64,000 bases of DNA from Chlorokybus atmophyticus (Eukaryota; Plantae; Mesostigma and Chlorokybus algae). Where the stretch lies: positions 62,001 through 126,000 of the forward strand of contig RHPI01000026.1 of NCBI GenBank assembly GCA_009103225.1, read 5' to 3'. Below are positions 25,468-37,318 of the stretch, piece by piece (the first letter of the stretch is position 1; the number at the start of each line of letters is the position of its first letter). The notes below the pieces were generated by a model. The model did not search any database, had not been told where the DNA came from, and saw only the letters and a list, made by a program, of their open reading frames with translations. Made by a program: the position numbers and the translations under genes.

Positions 25468-26703
25468 CTGCTGCTCACTTCTATGGAGCCTTTACCTTGG
25501 GGTTCATCCATGACATTGATATACAGCCACAGCTGCACATTGTTGACGAGCCAGTTGTGAATACACCCCGTAGAGTAGTTGCTTGCGTCCTTGGCTCACG
25601 CTGCTGTGTCGCAATAGCTGGCCAGTTAGCACATAGCACTGCATTCTTGTACAGGCAGTTGGATTCTGGTTAGGTGGGAGGTAGGGGTTGCAGCTTTGGT
25701 ATTGGTTGGCAGTCATGCCAATGCGCTTGGTATGCACTCGCCAACTTGACTTGGTAATAACCATATTCATGTTCTGCAACACATGGTGTGGCATTGATTA
25801 CACCAACCTATTCTGATTGCGTCTTAAAACTTGTGCAAGCAATGCAATACATGCAGCTGGGTGTGGTGGTAACAGACTGCGCGTTCTAACCTGCCGAATG
25901 CAGCCGCTAGATTGCCAGTGACAGTGATGGCTACTGAAGCAGCAATGGTGGCCGCTGGGCTTGAGGCTGTAGCCATTGTCAAGACCAGTCGTACTTGCTG
26001 CAGCGTGCCGTGGACATGGCTGAAGCGCTGGTGCTGATGCTGGCAGGTGATCCCTGCTCCTTGCTACCGTTCTCCCCTTCCCCTAGCCCCCTCCCTTCCT
26101 CGCTTGCGTCTAGCTAGCAGACGGCCCCCCACCCCGAGTTGATGCTGCTGCTGTGTTGTGATGCCTTTGCACTGCTGCATATAATGCCATTTGCCTTGCC
26201 CTGTATCACGGCCCCTCGACTGTTGTGCCTTATGCATGTAGTAGGGTAATGTACAAATGCAACTGTCGTATGATGGCTTTGTGGAGGTGCTACTCCCACG
26301 GTGGGTCTTACAAGGTGGTAGGTCGCTTTCCCGTACAAGCAGCAGGGGCCAATTGCAACTTGACATCGACATTGGGGGCAGATTGTGCAACAAGACAAGG
26401 CGAAGTAGGGAGGGTTAGGAAGGTGATGAACCCAACATCAATGTCTAAATCATTAGTAAGGTGCATGCAAACCAAGCAAATGTCAATCACTTTATGCTGT
26501 TGTGACAATGTTGTTGCAACGAAGTATTACATTGTCATTACAGCTACTCAACTTGCGCAGTAAGTCTGACAGGCAACCATCTGGTGACACGCTTTATAGT
26601 ACAGCCACACGCGGCCCCTTCAGGGACCCTCTAGGGGTACAACACAGTAATAGCTAGTTATAGTCTAGATACTAACAAACGAACACTTCAACAACGCATC
26701 CCA

Positions 26704-29050
26704 TCATGAGCTTTCACGAGGTGTGAAGCCAAAGGAGGCAACTTGTTTACTGTGAATGGAGGAAGGAGACAGTGCGGCAACTTGGCAAGCAGAATCCATG
26801 GCGCTGGCCTCAACCTCCATGGGTTGCAAGCCACTTGAATTGTCCCCTTCCTTGTTGATGTTGTGGACAGCAATTGCGTTTGTGCCAGCTGCCGTACAGG
26901 ATGTTGACGGTGCAGCAGCCTGGTCAGCAATAAGTGAGGTTGAGGTAGGGTCTGATGGAGGTGAAGGCAAATGCTGGATAGACAACAATGGCTCCAGAGT
27001 TGTGGTTGCCTCCAGAAGTGCAATGGGTGGCTGAGCTGGTTGCTGCTGTGAAGGTGACAAGGATATAGGTGCTACGGTTACGGAGCTGTCTCGTTGGGCA
27101 TCTGAATTTGCCACCCATGCATCTGATGAAGCGGCTGGTGTGGTGTTGACATGCGAACCAGGATCACTGACTGAGGCTGGCAGGGCGTCGGTAGCAGCCG
27201 CAGCTTGTTGAAAGGGACGTTCAGGTTCTGGCGGCTGGAGAGGTGAAACGCATGGTGCAGCTGTGTCCGGAATGCGTGGCGGAGATGAGCCTTGTGCATC
27301 GGGTGATGGCGAGGGGAGTGCTCCGGCTGGTGCTGCGTGGTCAACTGGAGAGGGCTTTGGTGTCAGCAGCTGGATGTCCTCCTCCAGCTTTGCCAACTGC
27401 CACGCAACACAACATGCCATACACATGAGCCATGCCTTGGTGCAAGTTTCGACATTGATGTGCACATGAAGTCGCATAATGAATGGTTGATAGTTGTGAT
27501 GACCACTCAGGAAGACTGAGGTGATGTGCATGCAAAGAGAATCTCTTGTCAATGAGCACAAAACTGCAAGCAAAATGTACATAGCATACCTGTGCAGCAC
27601 CGCAGTTCATGTCCTGCATAAGGTGGATGAACCCTTGGTAGCATTCAACTGGAGGCGGGGTTGTTGCATAACATCGAATGGCGTGATGCCTATAAGCGCA
27701 AAACACAATGTTAGCCACACGCCTCGATCAGTCACTGCATACAATGGATTGAGGCACATGACACTACGCACCGGAAGATTTCCCAGGAGCGACTGAGGCA
27801 AGCAGCAGCCTCATCCCCACGACCTCGTCCCCAATAGAAGCGAGCCATGTGCAACAGGGCCTTGCCGACCTGTGATAAGCGCACAGCCACGATGTTAGCT
27901 TGCAACTCGCCAGCTAGCCTTTGTGAGTTGTTCATGCAAGAGCTTGCAGAAAAAAAAATGACAGCAAGTTCTCAGATGAAGTGCAGCTTATTGATGCAGC
28001 TGAGCCCTCACCTCAGGGTGAAATGAGCCCCGGGATTTCTCTAGTGCTTGCAGCGCGCGAATGTAAAGCGGCTCTTCATCAATAACGCCACCAGTCAACA
28101 TTTTTGGAGCAAGTTTGCCAGCTGTAGAGCTAGACAACAAATGTACCATGTTAGCACATTCAGTGGCAGACAACTTACCAACAAAGATCAGCAACAAGCA
28201 GGTGCACAGCCTATCGCATATTAAGCAGAGACTTGGTACAGTGCACTGAACACTGATCACGTAGATGGCCGCGTGGTCAGCATGTGCGCAGAACACCAGT
28301 AGCGCGCAAGCCACACACTTCACATAGCTGCTGCCGAAATACGTACCTGCTACTTCTGTAAGGGTGAAACCGAGAAGACTCCTCCCGCTCCCCACCATTC
28401 GCTGTGCTGGCATGCAAGGCCTTGCTGGCTTCAGGATCGCCGCAAGCCGATGTCCGTGTTGGTGATGATGTTGTCGCAGTCTCTTCTGATGAAGCATCTG
28501 GCATGCGGCACAAACATCAATGTTTGAAACAGAAAACGCGCATATTGCTGCACAAGCTGAAGCTTACGCAAGCAGTGTGCACTCCGTCAATTTTGACTGG
28601 GAACCGCAACTGTGTCACTACACACTACTGTGTCACAACATTTGCAAACAAAGCAATCACCCTTGACAATTTTGTACAGAGCACTATACAAAATGATGAA
28701 ATCTGCCCTGGAACCTATCGTGAGTGGACTGCTGCATGTGTAGACATGCAGCGAGAGCAGCCACGTAAGCAAAAGTACTCACCTGCCACATCATTGCTGC
28801 CGTTTTGCTGCCGCCTTCCAACTCGAGCCTGCTTCTCCCTGCCCCTGCTTGTGCCCGCTTCCCCGCCTTCACCTGCTGCAGCCTCAAGCAGCAACGCCAG
28901 TCGAGCATCATTTGTACTACTCTGCTGCTGCTGCTGCCGGGTCCGCCGTCGCTGGCGCTGCTGTGCAGGTTGCTGCGTTCGCTGCTGGCGCGCTTCCTCC
29001 TCCGAGTCACCGCGAGTGCGGGGCTTGCGAGGAACCATTGTGGCAGGCAT
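26704..29050 (-). CDS. Hypothetical protein with one kinesin-light-chain-type TPR unit and a disordered tail
   Basis: Six in-phase exons can be assembled. They include EEPLYIRALQALEKSRGSFHPE|VGKALLHMARFYWGRGRGDEAAACLSRSWEIFR. The start and end are less certain. Confidence 0.6.
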
Positions 29051-30689
29051 TTACCCTGAGAAAAGGAAGGAAGAGGCAACATTTACTGCTGCACTGACAA
29101 CCTCACGAAAAGGGTTGCTCGCATAACCCTATGAAACCACAGACCTCTTGACCAATGTGCAGTACACAGTAGAGACAGCTACTGTAGATGCCCAAAACTA
29201 CCTATTGACGCTGAGTATTATTTCACTTGGTTTTGCATGGGACAACCTAGCCTCAAACGAGCTGCTTTCGACTTGTGATCTAGAGGCAGCAAGTAAACAA
29301 GCTCGCTGGCTCGTGTGCTAGAGACAACTCAACTCTGCCTGCGAAGGTCTTGCCCATCTCATGACTAAGATGTTGGCCGTAGTGGACTTGCGTGTGTGTA
29401 CCGCAGGAGTAAGGCATGTAACCAAGCGTTTGCGTTTGACTCGTTTTTGCTGCATGCGGGGGCATTGGTGAGTCTGAAGCAAGCTGTTGAACCAAACGCA
29501 CTGCATTGTGTACCAGCTACACTGTCAGAAAACACGAGCTGTGTCTAGCAGGCCAGCGCTGCTTTGCCTGCCAGCATGAAGACACAACGGGAGAGAGCAG
29601 CCAGCATGCTGACGGAAGCACAAGCAGTAACACCTCCGAGACCACTTTGCAGCAACACCCAACAAGACGACAGCAGTCTAAGGCCGCAGCCCATGACACC
29701 AGGCCAGCACGTACCAGGCCACGCCAAACCAAGCTGGAGCTTGCCAGCTTGCACTATTCACCACATGAGAACACCAGCTCCAGCCACTAGGAAGCGTTGT
29801 ACAGTACAATGCAAAGCTTTCCTCAGCCGACCTTCACCACGCAGCACACCGGCGGCGGCGACGACGGCGAGCCTCTCCCGCGCATGCGCCAAATTTGCAG
29901 AGTCAATTTTATTTCTGTGCTGAACGCTGAAGTGTTCTTTCCAGCCGCGGGGCGAGGAATAAATTATAAATACAAGTAAGCACCAAAGCGGTCGTCTAAA
30001 CGTACGAAATTTAACTTAGCCGCGGTTACGAATCGCCGGTTTAAGACATACCCGCGGTTACGCCTCCCGGCAATCTATTAACGGAAGGCAGTCAAAACAC
30101 GCCACCGCGGTTTAGCTTTGACTACGGTCTGGAGCGTCTGCCAAGTCCGACCCACTGACTTTACTGAGGTCCACATGGCGGGTGACGTGACGTCACAATG
30201 TACACCGCCCGTTACGTATCGCAGTTCAAAAAGCCGAGATGCGGTGTCTCAGGTACAGCGCCTCAGATACGCAGCGTTTTGTGCCGTAACGCGTCATCGT
30301 CCCAGTTCCAGCGCAATCCGTATTGCCCCGACTCGATACAGGAAACCAGTTTAGTACCCTTTTATGAACGTGGCAGACAAGCGTGAGCGTGGGAAACAGC
30401 CAAATGCCTGTGGCAACCGCCAGCTGTGATGTGTTGGGGATGATGTGACAAGCTGAAACAGCAAGTAGCACAATGAAACCCTAACTTGTTTCCAGTACTG
30501 TGTGCCTCAGAGGATAAGTACGGCGGTGACGGAGGCGGGGAGGACGTTGCTGGTGTCGGTGGCGGGGGATGTCTGGAGCGGCTTGGTGTTCTGGTGGCTT
30601 GCTCTGCGCGTCAGGAGAGAGGAGGTACAGCTGACATAGGAACGGGGTGGTCGTGTGTTCTGCGAGGAGGTTGTTTTGTTTCCACCGCG

Positions 30690-33266
30690 ATGGCGAGCGC
30701 CGGTGGGCGCATGACTGTGCACGTTAAAACCACTGCTGCTGGGGGAAAGTTCAGCGTTGAGGTGGAGGGATCGTTGACGGTTGCGGAGTTCAAGGCTCTG
30801 CTTGCAGACAAAAGCAGCGTGCCTGCACCGCAACAGCGCCTGATCTACAAGGGGCATGTTCTTAAGGACGATCGCACGCTAGCTTCCTATGGTAGGCCTC
30901 TTGCTTCCCTGCATTGATCTAAGTAGCACGCTAGTGCGTTTTAGTTGTGGTTGAAGAATTTGTAAAGTTCACTATGTCAATAGCAGTACAGCAAATGTTT
31001 GTCCTGAGGTTTTGTTTTCAACGACGTCACGTCAAGGCGTCTGTGTCTGCCACACGGGTGAGTCAAGTGCAGGACAACTTTTGCCTACTTGGAAGGTAGT
31101 TGTCCCCCATAGAGGTTTATATGCAACTCATGGTGTTCCGTGGCATGTCGCACTGTTTGAATAGGAAAGCCGTTTACCACTAGGGTTCCAGTCAGCCCAC
31201 AGAGCACACGTTATGAGTTCTGCAGGTGTTCAACAGTTGCTGTTGCAGATCGTGCTGTAGCATGCATGCATGGTTGGTACAAGTGGTTTGGTTGCAAATT
31301 ATTGTACTGCCATACTGTCCGCCTGTGCCTTTCACACGGTGTAGAACCTGCCTTGTTCAGAACACGATCTTACTTCAGTCTGTGACATGCTTGACTAGCT
31401 TTTCTAGTTAGAGCACTCCAGTCCAACACACTCGGATTACGTGTGGTCTGTTGCTTAGCGTGTTGCACTCAGGTTTGGAACACGAACACACGGTGCATTT
31501 GGTGAAGGGTGCAGCAAGGGACGAGAACAGCTCAGGTGCAGCGCCAAGCACGGCAACCAGCAGCACGGTGCCTGCTCCAGGGTTGGGCATTCCCAATGTG
31601 GCTGGGATGCCATTGGGTGCTGGTGGCGATATGGCTTCCATGCAGCAGCAGCTCCTCCCATTCCTTGAGAACCCTCAAAGCTTTCAGCAATTAGCTAACA
31701 GTCCGGCTGTGCAGGTGCGAATTGCAAGCATCCTGTTAGAGGGGTGTTAGTTACCAGTCTGTCCGAGCGTTGCGGAGTCTGTCCTGTTCTTTGCACTGAC
31801 TGTGGGTTCGTGTGCGTTCAGGCTGTGATGAATAACCCTGATATCATGCGCATGATAGTGAACAGCAATCCGCAATTACGAGAGATCATGGATCGCAATC
31901 CAGAGCTCGCGCACATTATGAACGACCCTAGCATATTGCGCCAAACACTGGAAGCTGCCCGCAACCCAGAGCTCATGCGCGAGATGATGCGAACCACAGA
32001 TCGTGCCATGAGCAACATTGAAGCACACCCGGAAGGCTTCAACGCATTGCGACGCATGTATGAGAATGTTCAGGTACTGTTGCTACAGTACTGATTACAT
32101 CTGCATGAGCATTTCACACCCTACAAGTGCTGCAAGTTAGCCATGGTGTCGCTTTGTGTATCGACTCCATTTGTTGCCAGGAGCCTATCATGAACTCCGC
32201 AACACAGGCTGCAGCAAATGCTGTGAACCGAGACAACCCATTCTCAGCATTATTTAACACGCCTGGCACGCAACCCGCTGCTACCCCGGTGCCGGCCCCA
32301 GGACCCAACCCCAACACAAACCCGCTGCCCAATCCTTGGAACCCTCGGCCAGCTGCCACTGCTCCAGCAGCTGGTACAGGTGCCACAGCACCTGCGCGTC
32401 CTGCAAGCAACACACCGAGTCCTTTTGGTCTCCTACCTGGCATGGGCGCTGGTATGCCAAGCATGGACACCCTTGGCATGGACCCCCAAGTGATGGGCCA
32501 GATGCTTCAAGATCCTGCCTACCAGCAAATGATTCAACAGGTGCACATACGAATCTTGCGCTCTCGCCTTTGCTGCGAGGGATTGCTTTGTAACCACTTG
32601 CTTCACGTTGGTGGTCGTGCAGGTGATGTCCAACCCGCAAGTCATGGAGCAAGTGTTGAATATGAATCCACAGATGCGGCAAATGATGGAATCCAATCCC
32701 ATGCTTAGCGACTTCATTAGGAATCCCGAGTTCTTACGCCAGATGAGCAATCCACAGTTCATACAGGTTGGTACTGGTGCTGCACAGGCTGGCTGCTAAT
32801 CTGATCATGCATCCTGATATACAAGTATTCATGCTTCTTTCACAGGCAATGCTGCAGCTTCAGCAAGCTCTTTCAAATGTGCAGGCTGTTGCACCAAACT
32901 TCCCATTGGCATTTGGGTAAGCAGACGAATGCTCTTTGATCAACGCATATGTTGTGGGCTCCAACTCATCTGACCTTATGCAGGACACCACTTGGAGGTG
33001 ATGCGGGTGCAGCTGCTGGCGGCTTGCCCGCTGCTGCTGGCGCCGCACCGCCCAACATGAATGCATTGTTGAGTACGCTGATGGGGGGCGGTCTTGGAGG
33101 TGCTGTCCCGCAACCAAATGTCCCTCCTGAGACGCTTTATGCCAATCAGCTCGCACAGTTGCAGGAGATGGGGTTCTTTGACACGCAGGCCAACATCCAA
33201 GCACTAGCGGCTTCAGGCGGCAATGTTCACGCTGCAGTAGAACAGTTGCTACAGAATCTTGGTTAG
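30690..33266 (+). CDS. DSK2: Ubiquilin/Dsk2 ubiquitin receptor (UBL-STI1-UBA)
   Basis: UBL ([21 protein letters not shown]|[12 protein letters not shown]), STI1 repeats ([42 protein letters not shown]) and UBA ([38 protein letters not shown]). Confidence 0.97.
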
Positions 33267-35196
33267 GAGGTGTTTGGGTGGGGTGGATGGGGGTGATTAG
33301 TAATGAGGTGGCTGCTGTCTGTGTGCACTTCGTTGGACACTGCCAGCACTGGTACCTGCTGCAATGAATGCAAGCCGGTCTGTTGATCTGCGCGCAACAA
33401 GTGCAAACATGTTTGCGGTTGTTGCCCACACGTGGTACTCGCCTAACAGCACTTGCACGAAGTAGTGGTTGCGCATCCTGGTGATACGTCCCTTGTGTTC
33501 CCAGCAGCATTGCATGGAAACCATGCAAGGATTGGGTTCTCCTCATCATAGCTTGTGGATTGATGGTAGACACTCTTCGTGTAACCCGTAGTGTATAATA
33601 AATAGATTGCAAGGATTGTGGCATCCATGAGAGTGTGATACACACATGCATGAGCAGTCTACTCACCACACTATGAAGCACTCTCATTAACCACCGGGCT
33701 GCTAACCTAGCTGCTACCTACCTTCTCTACTGCCCATACCCATTAGACATGCATGCATGCATGCATGCGTCATCACCTGCACATGCGCCTTGGTCAGTGG
33801 CCTTCTTACAGCAGCACCGGCCACACCAGCAGCACGACTCAACGGACTCCCCCTCCCGCTTCACCCACACACCCGCCGCCATCCGCCAGCCTCCTACTGC
33901 CATCTTGTCAACTGCCGGCTTAGAGTTTTGTCAGTACACACACGCATGCATGTACGGCACGCACGAAAACTCCCTCTGCGGCGGTGCATGTCGTGGTTGT
34001 GTGCGCCTACTTTAATGACACGGGCAGACTTCACTGCTCCATGTATTGTCATGCTACTACCTTATGACAAAAACATGCTTTCTTGAAGCTATGTGCATGG
34101 TTAAGGTACCACAACCCCACCCTTGTACATCTGTCAATGATAAGGAGAACCATCACTAGCAAGCAAATGCCAAGAGGCTAGAGACATAATATATGGAAAC
34201 TTTTGCATTGTATGCACATTAGCATAACCATATATAACAGCACAAGAGTTGCTATGTGGAGGCTTGCTTCCAAGGTAGCAAACGAACAACCATACAATTA
34301 TACTATGTGAATATGTGAAATATATAGTTATCGAAATAGCCCGCTAGGTGCAATGCAAGTGGTGGTGCGGCGCAGAGGCTAGGTTGCCCATCTGTATAAG
34401 CATCACAAAGGACTTTGAAGGGCAGGAGAGGAGAGGTTATCAATGTTTCGCAAGGAATGTGATTATAGTTGCGGGGCGTGCTTGTGCAAGCCTCGCATGC
34501 CATGCATGCATGTGTAAAGCATGTGAAGACACGGCGGTAGTTGTGATGAAGTTGACCATTCAATTAACTACCGCCACTAACGGTACACCGCATTTGCCCG
34601 TCAAGGCCCCCCTACAAAGACCCTCCCTGGCCATAACCCCAACGGTAAACCTTGGTGCGTTCTAAAGACCAGGGGGGGGGGGGGGGGGGGGGGGNTAAAA
34701 CCATACAAGCCGCAAGGCTGACGATGCAATTGCTATAGCATCGGGATGAGGTAGAGGGTGTTGAGACGAAAATGAGGATTGTGTGTTATTAATGTTGATG
34801 GTATGCCTTCGACCATAGACAATTGAGCGTGAGGATGTAATCTTGATGTGTAAACCGCTGTAACATATATGGCATAAGGCATATATGAGACATGTGATTC
34901 CCCTTATGGTAGCGACTGTTGCTGCCATGTTCTAGTCGTTAAGGCCGATGTTACAAGCGCGCACTTATTAACCACTGTTTTTTGAAAGATAATCAGCTTC
35001 AAAAATGCCAAGCTACTTCATTACTAACGATTTTAAGCCCACAAAGAGACCCTGTTCAAGCGCGAAAGCTGCTGAGATCTGGTGTAGTCATGTGTTTATG
35101 TGTATCGGGCACATAATCACAAAAAAAAAAGGACTTGTTTACAACTCAGCAAGAGGTTTATATTATATATTAAGCTTTATGAAGAAAGAGAGGGGN

Positions 35197-36659
35197 AGCC
35201 CCTCCCAAACTTCCTCGCACCGCATCAGGTGACCGGCTCGCTACCGCCAAAACAGTTCCTGTGCGTTTAACATATAAGGCCCCACCCCTGTTACGGCTTG
35301 CGACCCCTTGCAGGCGGTCCTTAAGAGGGGTGGGTCCTAAAAGTCTGTGCTGCGATGATGCACGAAGCCGAGATGCACGCGTGTCGAAAGCTGAGCAGCT
35401 GTCGCTGCTAGGCGGCTCCTTATAAGCATACGCTCATAAGTTCTATACAGTACAGCAACTTACGTTGTGTTATGCGCAATCACAGCCTGGTCAATAGCAC
35501 TGCTAGGTATGACAGCAGTGTTGAAGCAGCACAGCTCAAGTACCGGTAGATCTCGTACATGCAAGTCAATGTAGAAATGAGCCTCTTATAATGCCAATGT
35601 GAGATTTTAAGAGTCTCATCTCTATTTGCATGTGATTAATGGCTCTCAATTTAACTATATGCAAATTCAATGGCAAACACATTACATGGAAAAAAAAACC
35701 TTTCCTATACTATAGAATCCGCGTACCGCTGCCATGCTGCTATTCTGCCTGCCGAGTCCGCCTTACACTTTCACGCGCGTAAGCATTGGCCCCCCCCCTC
35801 AGCTATTGGAGAGAAGCATTAAAATCTACGAAATGCCGATAAGATTTCAAAAAGGGTCTTTAAGTTTGCGTGCACACTTCTGGCCATGTAAACACGGTAG
35901 GGTACATATGCTACCATATTTACCCTTATCATAAGCACGTGCTTGTTAATTACAAGAAGCCATAATCATATATTGAGAGATCGAATGCCTTATTTAGGGA
36001 AATTGCGAACAACGCAGGTGTAATTGAAATATTTAAGCTTTATTAAGCTAATCTAAGTTAGGGGGGCCAATGCTTACGCGCGTGAAAGTGTAAGGCGGAC
36101 TCGGCAGGCAGAATAGCAGCATGGCAGCGGTACGCGGATTCTATAGTATAGGAAAGGTTTTTTTTTCCATGTAATGTGTTTGCCATTGAATTTGCATATA
36201 GTTAAATTGAGAGCCATTAATCACATGCAAATAGAGATGAGACTCTTAAAATCTCACATTGGCATTATAAGAGGCTCATTTCTACATTGACTTGCATGTA
36301 CGAGATCTACCGGTACTTGAGCTGTGCTGCTTCAACACTGCTGTCATACCTAGCAGTGCTATTGACCAGGCTGTGATTGCGCATAACACAACGTAAGTTG
36401 CTGTACTGTATAGAACTTATGAGCGTATGCTTATAAGGAGCCGCCTAGCAGCGACAGCTGCTCAGCTTTCGACACGCGTGCATCTCGGCTTCGTGCATCA
36501 TCGCAGCACAGACTTTTAGGACCCACCCCTCTTAAGGACCGCCTGCAAGGGGTCGCAAGCCGTAACAGGGGTGGGGCCTTATATGTTAAACGCACAGGAA
36601 CTGTTTTGGCGGTAGCGAGCCGGTCACCTGATGCGGTGCGAGGAAGTTTGGGAGGGGCT
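35197..36659. repeat. Long inverted repeat: 599-bp arms (35197-35795 and 36061-36659) around a 265-bp AT-rich spacer
   Basis: The arms are reverse complements at every position I compared and have equal length. The left arm begins immediately after the single N at 35196. Confidence 0.95.
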
Positions 36660-36806
36660 TAGAGGGGCCTTTTTCTTCTGTTAGCATTTTTAAGACCGCG
36701 GTTTAAGACCGCGGCGCCTTACAAGGGGTCGCTAAAAGTCCTGTTCGTATAACTTGTAGGGTACCTCGTACTCCGCGGGGCCTTAAGAGGGGTCGCTAAA
36801 AGTCTG
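36509..36806. mobile_element. MITE-like ~300-bp foldback element with imperfect terminal inverted repeats
   Basis: Left end cagacttttaggacccacccctcttaagg versus right end ccttaagaggggtcgctaaaagtctg, with an extra internal motif copy at 36717-36740. No target-site duplication found. Confidence 0.5.
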
Positions 36807-37318
36807 CGCGTGCCGAGCCTTATTGCATCATGCATGACTCATGCAGCATGACGACAACTTCACCACTTCGCCGCGGCTCGGCGCCTTCACACCCGGGCCT
36901 CTGTGTTACGATGCCCGGCTGTAGTTCAGAGGGCTGCTTGTTGAACGCGCGTTCCTGGGCAGCGCCGTGCGACCGACCCCATCGTCTGGAAAAATCCGTC
37001 CACGTGACTGATTGTGATCTCCACTTTTCGACGGAAATAGTCACATAATGTCGTGCGATATGTAGTGGATATGCCGTCATCGCCCTCTGGCGACTTTATG
37101 TCTGTAGGGGTGCTTCTGGTCATTGCAAGCTAATGAGCACATAGCTGCGCGCCTCAACGCAATGCTTACGCAGACAAGCATTATCTAAATATCACATGAT
37201 ATACGCACATGCACTCAGTCGTGAACGTACAGGCAAGTACAAATAGTCTGAGTAGCTACGGTGCTGCACAAGGCTTCAACGATTGCAGTCTCTTAGTTTA
37301 ACCATTCCTCAGTCAGCC

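Noticed and set aside
32860-33687. 275-aa minus-strand ORF
   Set aside because: It is antisense to the last DSK2 exons and 3' region, with no recognisable motif.
34673-34696. Poly-G runs (also at 48011 and 57702) as possible G-quadruplex elements
   Set aside because: Each ends at an N or gap, so the length is unreliable and probably reflects sequencing dropout.
36820-37123. Short ORFs beside the MITE-like element as possible transposase remnants
   Set aside because: No DDE, zinc-finger or other transposase motif was recognisable.
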